Shown piece by piece: positions 45,333-53,131 of a stretch of 64,000 nt of DNA. The first letter of the stretch is position 1, and each line of letters starts with the position of its first letter. The notes beneath the pieces are model-generated. The model saw nothing but the letters and a program-made list of their open reading frames with translations. It searched no databases and was not told where the DNA came from. The translations under genes and the position numbers were made by a program. Origin of the DNA: an uncultured Candidatus Saccharibacteria bacterium (GTDB taxonomy: Bacteria > Patescibacteriota > Saccharimonadia > Saccharimonadales > JALRHH01); contig CAZPVS010000002.1 of NCBI GenBank assembly GCA_964590315.1, positions 2,693 to 66,692 on the forward strand. The letters run 5' to 3'.

Positions 45333-45947
45333 CTATCTGAACGATGATTGATCTCTAAGAAGGCCGGTTATGAACTGCCCTGCCGCACTTCTAGCACATG
45401 AGCTATTGTCAACATCGATAACAGGTATACCGTTTTTGTTTCCGAAATCATGCACGAAATCCCGACTACTTTGTATATAGCTGCCTATAGTATCGATTGC
45501 TTGGTCGTCATTCGTGATGTTGGGTGGGAGGAATGAGCGGGAGCGAGATCCAGTCACCTCATCGTGTCGGATTCGTTCTAGTACGACCTCAGGATCTGCT
45601 ATCACGGCAGCGATACCGCTTACTGAACATGCCCAAGCCTGAACGCAAATTTTAACTTTGCCTCGATCAAAGAATAGAAAATGTGTATCTATTAGCGTGT
45701 TTTTTGCATCCCTGCGCTCCCGAAACTCCGCAAGCAGCTCCAGCATACCGTGGTTGAAAGCGGTATCCTTGACGTCGTCTGGGAGTTTGCTTAACTCCTC
45801 ATAACTTGTGACCCCAAGCTTGGCCTTAAGTACGTCAGATCCGCCTACGTGACGAATATTGTCACCCTGATCGGCTGCAATTTCGCGTATTAGTGTTGAT
45901 TTACCTACTCCGTTTGGTCCCACCAAGAGGTATGTTTCGCTCGCCAT
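45333..45947 (-). CDS. P-loop NTPase, adenylate/nucleoside-kinase-like
   Basis: 204 aa. Walker A LLVGPNGVGKSTL. Size and layout match small nucleotide kinases. Confidence 0.55.
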   Translation of the reverse strand: MASETYLLVGPNGVGKSTLIREIAADQGDNIRHVGGSDVLKAKLGVTSYEELSKLPDDVKDTAFNHGMLELLAEFRERRDAKNTLIDTHFLFFDRGKVKICVQAWACSVSGIAAVIADPEVVLERIRHDEVTGSRSRSFLPPNITNDDQAIDTIGSYIQSSRDFVHDFGNKNGIPVIDVDNSSCARSAAGQFITGLLRDQSSFR

Positions 45948-46005
45948 AGTATATGATTCGTCAAATTGAAGATATAATCGCTTATTTTAGCACTAAACGA
46001 CTTTA

Positions 46006-46473
46006 TTACAATGTTGGCACGGTAGGAAATGTGCTGAAGTTCTTTCCTGCCAAGATTGACGTACAGGCTGCTCCAATAAAGTCAACCATGTGAGGTGGTA
46101 GGTTATTTTTCGGAAACCAGCCAATTTCATCATGCAATTCAGGCTCTTTGTTGACCGGACTGCCCCGCCACTGCATTGCCATAAAATAGAAGTCCATTCG
46201 GTCATTCATATTTTCGTCGGCTTTATTTCGCTGGACTACATGAGCCAATACCAGGTCTTCTGGACGCACAGTGATCCCCGTCTCTTCCTCTGTTTCGCGG
46301 ATTGCAGCCAAATGAATTTGTTCTCTAGGATGGACGTGACCGCCCGGCAGACCCCATTTATCATCTTGATAGCCTGTATTAATGCGGTGTATAAGCAGCC
46401 ACTCTTCAGCGTCATTTTCTACAATTAAGTAACAGCTCTGTGCTGCTAGGTATAATTCTTCGCCTCTTGCCAT
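46006..46473 (-). CDS. NUDIX hydrolase
   Basis: 155 aa. Nudix box GLPGGHVHPREQIHLAAIRETEEETGI. Confidence 0.8.
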   Translation of the reverse strand: MARGEELYLAAQSCYLIVENDAEEWLLIHRINTGYQDDKWGLPGGHVHPREQIHLAAIRETEEETGITVRPEDLVLAHVVQRNKADENMNDRMDFYFMAMQWRGSPVNKEPELHDEIGWFPKNNLPPHMVDFIGAACTSILAGKNFSTFPTVPTL

Positions 46474-46530
46474 GGTTCATAGTATAAAGCTATGCAATGT
46501 ATATTCATAGGTAATCTCGGGTTTAATTAG

Positions 46531-47364
46531 TCAGCTTATATATGTGTTGCAGGCGGAAGGACTGGCCGTGTCATAGCCGGTCATGAACCATTTTTGGCGT
46601 TGCTCTGAGGAGCCGTGCGTCCAGTTCTCGGGAGTTACTCGGCCCTCAATGGTCTGTTGAATACGATCATCACCGACGGCCGCAGCTGCATCCATCGCCT
46701 CAGTGATTTCGTTCGGTTCAAGCACACCTGCTTCGGCGACTGATTTGGCCCAGATGCCCGCATAGCAGTCGGCCTGTAGCTCTACTGCAATGGTCGCGTC
46801 TTGATCGCCGGAGCTTGCTTTGTCCAGTACGCCCAACTGGTTTTGAACATGATGCCCTACTTCGTGAGCGATAACATATGCTTCGGCTACATCCCCGCCC
46901 TTTGCGCCAAATTTTTGCGTTAATTCATTAAAGAATGTCTCGTCAAGATAAATGGTTTGATCGGCGGGACAATAATGTGGCCCCACCTGCGACGTCGCCA
47001 GCCCGCACCCTGATGGCGTTGCTTGCCGAAAAAGTACGAGCTTGGGCTGGGTATACGTCTTATTATTTGCTGCAAAGATACCTCGCCACAAGGTATTGCT
47101 CGAGCCGAGCACCTTACCGGCAAAAACTTCATAATTGTCTTCGCCGGCAAATTGACTGGTGTCTTGTGACTGTCCAGTACCCTGTAACTGTTCTAATTGC
47201 GATAATATCTGCTGAAGCGTGGTTGAGTCAGGCGTGTTTCCAGTAAAGAAAGAAAACAGTATAACCCCAAGGGTAATTAAGGAACCAAGGCCGCCCAAAG
47301 CAACTGCCTGACCCCTGCGGTCCTCGATATCACCCCCTCCTGGTAATTTGTCCCAAAATGCCAT
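46531..47364 (-). CDS. YpfJ-family neutral zinc metallopeptidase
   Basis: N-terminal TM. GPHYCPADQTIYLDETFF and AYVIAHEVGHHVQNQLG (HExxH). Confidence 0.8.
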   Translation of the reverse strand: MAFWDKLPGGGDIEDRRGQAVALGGLGSLITLGVILFSFFTGNTPDSTTLQQILSQLEQLQGTGQSQDTSQFAGEDNYEVFAGKVLGSSNTLWRGIFAANNKTYTQPKLVLFRQATPSGCGLATSQVGPHYCPADQTIYLDETFFNELTQKFGAKGGDVAEAYVIAHEVGHHVQNQLGVLDKASSGDQDATIAVELQADCYAGIWAKSVAEAGVLEPNEITEAMDAAAAVGDDRIQQTIEGRVTPENWTHGSSEQRQKWFMTGYDTASPSACNTYIS

Positions 47365-47395
47365 ACCTATAGTATAACGTGCTTACCGCGGGGTA

Positions 47396-48376
47396 TTAAA
47401 GCAGCGGATCGGTTATATGATCAAGCACGGGATCAAGGGGCGTGCTAGGCAGTGGCAACGGGTCTGTTGGGCTGGGTTCAATCGGGGTAGTGTCAGATGG
47501 TTCCGTTGTCGTGCTCGGGCTCGGTGAATCACTTACCGCCGGCGTTGTGGCAGTGCTGTCACCTCCCCCATAGCCGCCAACCGGCAACGGGTTCAGGCTG
47601 GCTGGACTGCTTGCCTGAGGGGTTGGTTGGCTTTCTGCAACGCCTATGGGGACAGCACCCGTGCTCGTCGTACTATCTGCGGGTATTGAAGACGGACTTG
47701 GATTTGAGCTGGAGGAAAATGTGGCATCGGAGCCTACAGAACTCTGGGACCTCTCATTCTGGACGGTACTCGGCGTTGAGCCGGGAGTCGAGGGAGTGCT
47801 GAAGGGAGTGAATACACTCCACAATGCTACAAACGATGCAACGGCCATTGCACCAACCAGCGCAATTCGAGGACGGCTATGCACAGCTTTTGCTCCCCGA
47901 GTTGCATTGTATGTCACGGCAGCCCTGTTTGGCCTTATTCGTCCGATTGTCGCAGCAAGATTCCCACCTGCCTTGTGCATCCATGTGGTGAGGGCTACCG
48001 CTCCCATTGCTACGTATTTTTTCCAACGAGCAAGTTTGGCCGTCAATGTAGAGCGCATGCTCGCAGGAAGATTATGAGCAAGACGAGAGTACTGATAGAC
48101 TTTCACTGGTTGCGCAGGGGGTATGATATCTTGCACGGTGCGAGTCGGCTCGGGTTCGGCTGTTTTCGGCAGATATTTTGCATCTATCATGTAGCTGTTA
48201 AGCGGTTCTGCGTCAGCTTCTCCTCGTACTGCCTGCACTGGTATGTGGCGCTTTCGCCGCCATCCAAACAGACGGTGATGTAACTGCATCGTTGATGTCG
48301 GAAACACGCCATCACTACTCGGCAGTTTTGCATTATAAGGATTTGCAGACGTGTTTGTACTGTGCGCGTGCGCCAT
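47396..48376 (-). CDS. Membrane-anchored protein with Ser/Thr/Pro-rich extracellular tail
   Basis: 326 aa. RBS GGGAGG. One TM (IALVGAMAVASFVALWSVF). The C-terminus is PSTPGSTPST...SPSPSTTTEPSDTTP. Confidence 0.6.
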   Translation of the reverse strand: MAHAHSTNTSANPYNAKLPSSDGVFPTSTMQLHHRLFGWRRKRHIPVQAVRGEADAEPLNSYMIDAKYLPKTAEPEPTRTVQDIIPPAQPVKVYQYSRLAHNLPASMRSTLTAKLARWKKYVAMGAVALTTWMHKAGGNLAATIGRIRPNRAAVTYNATRGAKAVHSRPRIALVGAMAVASFVALWSVFTPFSTPSTPGSTPSTVQNERSQSSVGSDATFSSSSNPSPSSIPADSTTSTGAVPIGVAESQPTPQASSPASLNPLPVGGYGGGDSTATTPAVSDSPSPSTTTEPSDTTPIEPSPTDPLPLPSTPLDPVLDHITDPLL

Positions 48377-48677
48377 CAGGACCTCCCTTGTACTATAGAC
48401 ATATGTGTCGAAATTATTAGTCAGTTGGTTTGTTTACTATAATTTATATCGGAAATGGTATACAGGCAGTCAAATAGTTCACAATCTCAGTGTGGGATAT
48501 ATCTTTTCACGGGTGGGCCTGTACGGAAAGCATAAGAGTAAATACAATCATTCTTTCGTAAGATAGCGACAGGAATTGATACGCTTCGTTAAGCTATCGT
48601 TATACCTCGCATGAACAGTTTCCTGCACTGGGCATAATCTCATTTGCTCCTGCACTCAACCATGCTACGGTAAGACC

Positions 48678-49559
48678 ATGAATCATCGATATGATGCCAT
48701 CACGATAATATTTAATCCCAACAGTACGGGCGATGCAGCTGCAATTGCTCAGACATTGTCCGAAGAGCTTGCAACAGAAAACATTGCGGAGAGTATTACA
48801 CTTACTCCGACTGAGTATGCGGGACATGCCGAGAAGATTGCTCGGGAGGCAGCAGCTTCCACACAGTGCCCCCTTGTAGTGTCGGTTAGTGGGGACGGTG
48901 GGTATCACGAAGTAATTAACGGAGTACTGACGAGTGGTAACAAACAGGCGGTGTGTACCGTGGAGGGCGCCGGAAACGCCAATGACCACTGGCGAATTGT
49001 ACACAATGCAGTTCCCTTGTCGCAGCGGGTCCATAGCGCCCCTGCCCCCATATCAATCTTGAAGTTAACACTGCAAACAAATGATTCCGCTCATGAACGC
49101 TATGCGCACAGTTACATCGGGATCGGGGTGAGCGCCAAAGTGGCGCACGAGCTCAACCAAGAAGAACTCAATGTATTCAATGAAAAGCGCATTTTAATAC
49201 GTGAATTATTTGCCTACCGGGCATTCCGCGCAATTATTTATGGGCGGGAGCGGAAACTCGATAGTATTGTGTGTGCAAATATCAATGAGATGGCAAAGCA
49301 GCTCAAGCTTGACGCTCAGCTCAGACTCGACAGCGCCAAGTTCAAGGTTATCGTGAACGGACACCACGGGCCATGGCGATTAATCCGCCGTATGATTGGG
49401 TCAACGATAACCCCTGATACTGACGGCCAAGTTGTTACTGAATTTGAATGCGGGATTACGACCCGCGCGTGGATTCAGTGCGATGGAGAGCCCGAACATG
49501 TTGCGGCAGGTACCCATGTCCGTATTGCCGGGTTACAAGACGGGCTTTTAACAGTTTAG
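48678..49559 (+). CDS. Diacylglycerol-kinase-family lipid kinase (YegS/DagK-like)
   Basis: ITIIFNPNSTG...VVSVSGDGGYHEVINGV, the DAGK catalytic-domain pattern. Confidence 0.7.
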   Translation: MNHRYDAITIIFNPNSTGDAAAIAQTLSEELATENIAESITLTPTEYAGHAEKIAREAAASTQCPLVVSVSGDGGYHEVINGVLTSGNKQAVCTVEGAGNANDHWRIVHNAVPLSQRVHSAPAPISILKLTLQTNDSAHERYAHSYIGIGVSAKVAHELNQEELNVFNEKRILIRELFAYRAFRAIIYGRERKLDSIVCANINEMAKQLKLDAQLRLDSAKFKVIVNGHHGPWRLIRRMIGSTITPDTDGQVVTEFECGITTRAWIQCDGEPEHVAAGTHVRIAGLQDGLLTV

Positions 49560-49571
49560 GAATAGAGCTAC

Positions 49572-49829
49572 CTACAGGTACTGTTTTGTAACCTGATCTT
49601 TATTAATCCCGTTGATAATATTGGTGAATCCATGTGCACGTAATATATTGCCGGATACTGCAGATCGGCTGCCTGAGCGGCAATAGAGAATCAGCTCTGT
49701 ATCCTTGGGTATGTCGGCAAGCTCAGGTGCTCCGGCCATGAGTTTTTCTGGTGGAATGTTCAGTGCCCCTGCGACATGTCCAGTGGCGTATTCGTATGGT
49801 TCGCGTACATCAATAATTACTCTTTGCAT
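49572..49829 (-). CDS. Single-domain rhodanese-like sulfurtransferase
   Basis: 85 aa. IIDVREPYEYATGHVAGALNIP...LYCRSGSRS (active-site Cys loop). Confidence 0.8.
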   Translation of the reverse strand: MQRVIIDVREPYEYATGHVAGALNIPPEKLMAGAPELADIPKDTELILYCRSGSRSAVSGNILRAHGFTNIINGINKDQVTKQYL

Positions 49830-49896
49830 AAAATCCTTTCTTCAGTAAATGTAAATCGTTTACAATAATCACACTATCATTTATACTCGATATGTC

Positions 49897-50295
49897 ATGA
49901 CAAATGCAACTATTTCAACTCGTCAAACTAAATATTGCCAAGCAATTGAGCGTATTCTCGTGGATCTGGGACATGCGTCTAATGCAGAATTGCTCACGCA
50001 TTTGCGTACGGTATTCCCTGCACTCACCGCCACCACGGTGCATCGTGCAAGCGCCCGTCTCGCAGAGCGAGGAGCTATTGGCATCGCTCCAGCCGGTCTT
50101 GATGGCGCCATGCGCTATGACCACAACACTGCGCCACACGATCATTTCATGTGCTCCTCATGTGGCATACTACGGGATACGCACATCAAGGACAGTATTA
50201 AACCCATTCTTGAAAAAGCAATTGATGGGTGCAGTATCTCCGGACAACTTACCGTTACGGGATTGTGCAGAGCATGCACAAGAAAGGATATATAA
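49897..50295 (+). CDS. Fur-family transcriptional regulator (Zur/PerR-like)
   Basis: 132 aa. wHTH N-domain, HDHFMCSSCG...CRAC metal-binding cysteines. Confidence 0.75.
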   Translation: MTNATISTRQTKYCQAIERILVDLGHASNAELLTHLRTVFPALTATTVHRASARLAERGAIGIAPAGLDGAMRYDHNTAPHDHFMCSSCGILRDTHIKDSIKPILEKAIDGCSISGQLTVTGLCRACTRKDI

Positions 50296-50297
50296 TT

Positions 50298-50696
50298 ATG
50301 AAGTTTTTTATCGGGAGCCTGATTGTTATTGTTGGATTGTTTGCACTGCTTGCGACCAGCAAACCAACACCAAGTACCAACGCAGCAAGCCAGCAGGAAC
50401 GCTCCATGCAGACTATCCAAGCGGATGTGCATGATGGTGCAAAGTTCTATGATGTTCGCACGCCAGAAGAATTCACGGCAGGACATATTGATGGCGCAAT
50501 TAATTTCCCACTCCAAACCATGCAGGCGGGCTCATTGCCCGAAGCAGATAAATCAAAACCGATCTACGTTTACTGTAGAAGCGGCAATCGCTCAGCCGAA
50601 GCAACCACTATTTTAAAGGCTGCTGGATACCAAAATGTCATTAATCTTGGTGGCATGACCGACGTCACGAAAATCGGTGGCGTTGTTAAATCATAA
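50298..50696 (+). CDS. Membrane-anchored rhodanese-like domain protein
   Basis: Start at MKFFIGSLIVIVGLFALLA (ATG 50298). FYDVRTPEEFTAGHIDGAINFP...VYCRSGNRS. Confidence 0.75.
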   Translation: MKFFIGSLIVIVGLFALLATSKPTPSTNAASQQERSMQTIQADVHDGAKFYDVRTPEEFTAGHIDGAINFPLQTMQAGSLPEADKSKPIYVYCRSGNRSAEATTILKAAGYQNVINLGGMTDVTKIGGVVKS

Positions 50697-50706
50697 AGGA
50701 GAACCT

Positions 50707-50952
50707 ATGAAAATAACGGTCTACAGTACAACAACCTGCCCCTACTGCCATATGCTCCAGGGATGGTTACAGGAGAAAAAAGTCTCATTTACTAATTATA
50801 ATGTCGACAAAAATCCTCTCGCAGCGCAGGCTATGGTCACTATGAGCGGCCAGATGGGCGTACCGTTCAGCACTATTGAATTTGACGATGGCCGAACTGA
50901 GAAAATACTTGGCTTTGATCGTCAGCGATTTGAAGCACTGCTTAGCGCGTAG
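50707..50952 (+). CDS. Glutaredoxin-like (NrdH/Grx family) protein
   Basis: Start at MKITVYSTTTCPYCHML (CPYC), preceded by AAAGGAG. GVPFS motif. Confidence 0.8.
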   Translation: MKITVYSTTTCPYCHMLQGWLQEKKVSFTNYNVDKNPLAAQAMVTMSGQMGVPFSTIEFDDGRTEKILGFDRQRFEALLSA

Positions 50953-51478
50953 TATCTTCAATTTTTTGCGCTAATAATAATTCTGGGTGAGCACTGAATA
51001 TGCGCCATCTTCCTGAGCGTTTGAGGCGCAGCGCTTCTTCTTGGGCGGTGTCAAATCTACCATTGCGGACTGCAACAGGGAAAATACTCAAAAAACCGCC
51101 ATATCGTGTAACACGCTCTGCCTCGCCAAAAAACCTCATGACCTCTTGAGGTGTTCGCGCCCAATAAGGCAAACTATAGGTAGCCAGTACTACATCGGCC
51201 GATACGTCTTTTGCTGGTAGCGCATCAAGTCTGGCGCAGCGCCGGACAGTACTGTGTTCAGACAGACGTGGTGTTTTCAATGCTTCTTGACTTGTATCAA
51301 ATCCAGTTACGGCAGCATATATGCCCCGTAGCGCCAGTTCGGCTCCAACATCACTAGATCCGCATCCAAGATCATAGACCGTCGCATTCTCAAATAATGA
51401 GAGCGGCAATGGATGATAACGCAATATCTGTTCAAGAGTGCGCCCTGTCACAGGAATATGGGTGCCAATTTCATGCAT
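50942..51478 (-). CDS. Class I SAM-dependent methyltransferase
   Basis: 178 aa. VYDLGCGSSDVGAELA (motif I) and VVLATYSLPYW. Confidence 0.6.
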   Translation of the reverse strand: MHEIGTHIPVTGRTLEQILRYHPLPLSLFENATVYDLGCGSSDVGAELALRGIYAAVTGFDTSQEALKTPRLSEHSTVRRCARLDALPAKDVSADVVLATYSLPYWARTPQEVMRFFGEAERVTRYGGFLSIFPVAVRNGRFDTAQEEALRLKRSGRWRIFSAHPELLLAQKIEDTTR

Positions 51479-51516
51479 AACTGAACCATACTACAACACT
51501 ATTTATTAAAACAATA

Positions 51517-51545
51517 TTGCAAACAAATACAAAATAGTGTATAAT
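51517..51545 (+). promoter_or_regulatory. Near-consensus sigma70 promoter with flanking 9-bp inverted repeat
   Basis: TTGCAA (51517-51522), a 17-nt spacer, TGTATAAT (-10 at 51540-51545). ACACTATTT and AAATAGTGT bracket the -35 region. Confidence 0.7.
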
Positions 51546-51578
51546 GATCTTTAACATCAACTTATTAAGGATCAAAAC

Positions 51579-51749
51579 ATGAGCATTGAAGGACAAGTTC
51601 TTGGGGCTGCTACTATTGCAGGTGGCACCGGTTCAGCTGCTTCTACACTGGCTAACACTGGAAACCCACTCGTTGTGGGCGTCGTCACTGCCGCTATCGT
51701 ACTCGTTGCACTAGGCATCGTGACACGACTTGTAGCTCGACAGAACTAG
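51579..51749 (+). CDS. 56-aa mini-protein consisting essentially of an LAxTG-type sortase sorting signal
   Basis: Own translation: MSIEGQVLGAATIAGGTGSAASTLANTGNPLVVGVVTAAIVLVALGIVTRLVARQN. LANTG, a hydrophobic helix, then a basic tail. AAGGA RBS. Below the track cutoff. Confidence 0.6.
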   Translation: MSIEGQVLGAATIAGGTGSAASTLANTGNPLVVGVVTAAIVLVALGIVTRLVARQN

Positions 51750-51803
51750 CGCTTTATAGCCGAATTTAACGAGGGTCGCCCTGATGGTCGACCCCTATTA
51801 TTT

Positions 51804-53093
51804 ATGGATAAAAACTCGCTACTCCTGATCCTGATTACTATGGGTATTGTATCGCTCATTGATTACATACCCCGTTTAGTTTTGCTCTCAAAACGACAAA
51901 AGGAAGTTGTAACGGGCTATACCCGAGTGCCTCGGTACTTTATCCTCCCTACCGTGTATGGTGACATTGCCTATCTCCAGAATCTTCAATTCTTAAAAAG
52001 ATATCATAATCGTGTAGTTGTGTGCACTTCACGATACGAGTCACCAGAATTTTACACGGCGCTTAGGAAAGTCTGTAGAACTCATAAATTACGTTATATT
52101 TGCGTTGACGTGCCTCTTGTTAATGGTATTCCCAACAAAAATGCATATACGATTTATAAAGGCGTATTCTCGAATCTGCACAGGATAGGCGCTACCGCCG
52201 ACACACCTTGTCTATTAATCGATGCTGATACCTATGCACCGAAGAACGTTAACAATCTAGTCCGGGCGTTTGGCACACATCAACTAGATATTGCATCCCT
52301 ACGATGCGAGGCTGCTCGCCCGCAAAAACTTATTGAGGTACTGCAAGCCTATGAGTATCGGCTTGCCATGGACAATAGACGAATGGATCCCTGGCTTACA
52401 TCAGGTGCATGCAATATAGCCAAAGCAGGAGTGTATCGAGAAGTCTTTTCCCGTCATTCTAATTTCTTTGCAGGTGGAGATATAGAGATCGGCAAGCTCG
52501 CACAGGTAATGGGCTATAAAATTGCGCACTTAAACTTTACGTTCTATACGGCCGTGCCCGATACCTTTAAGGATTGGTTCAACCAACGTATTGTATGGTT
52601 CGCCGGGGGCGTACGGCATCATGTAGCGAATATTGGCAGTTTTGGCTGGCATCATTTCTTTATATTCTTCTATAATTCGTTGATAGTATATTTGCTATTT
52701 CCTCTGAGGTGGATAGAAGTTACCAATTTTCCGCTCACGCTTGCCGCGCTGGTCGTGCTTTCGTGGTTTTACACCGCCATTCTGACAGTTGGCAAGGGGT
52801 GGAAGGTCAGCTATCTTGTACTCCCTGTATATGCCTTTCTTCAATCAATGATTATTTTGCCATTAGCTGTTATTAGATATGGAAAATATGCCTGGCGACA
52901 AAAAAGTCTTGGCATTTTGAACTATAACCTCTCACGATATTCAGTTAGTACCAGGATCGTGTTTCGAACGTTGAATGTCTCGACAGCGATGCTCGTTATC
53001 GTTACCGCGATGCTATTTACAAAATCACGAATCGATTATTGGTACACCCACGGCACCTTGCTTCAGGATATGTTGAGACTGCCCCTCGGCTAA
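51804..53093 (+). CDS. Membrane-embedded family-2 glycosyltransferase (processive synthase-like)
   Basis: 429 aa. LLIDADTY (DxD), QAYEYRLAM, a QRIVWFAGG (QxxRW-like) motif, and multiple C-terminal TMs. Confidence 0.6.
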   Translation: MDKNSLLLILITMGIVSLIDYIPRLVLLSKRQKEVVTGYTRVPRYFILPTVYGDIAYLQNLQFLKRYHNRVVVCTSRYESPEFYTALRKVCRTHKLRYICVDVPLVNGIPNKNAYTIYKGVFSNLHRIGATADTPCLLIDADTYAPKNVNNLVRAFGTHQLDIASLRCEAARPQKLIEVLQAYEYRLAMDNRRMDPWLTSGACNIAKAGVYREVFSRHSNFFAGGDIEIGKLAQVMGYKIAHLNFTFYTAVPDTFKDWFNQRIVWFAGGVRHHVANIGSFGWHHFFIFFYNSLIVYLLFPLRWIEVTNFPLTLAALVVLSWFYTAILTVGKGWKVSYLVLPVYAFLQSMIILPLAVIRYGKYAWRQKSLGILNYNLSRYSVSTRIVFRTLNVSTAMLVIVTAMLFTKSRIDYWYTHGTLLQDMLRLPLG

Positions 53094-53131
53094 AAATCGA
53101 AGTGGTCGCCGAGGATTGATAACAACTATAG

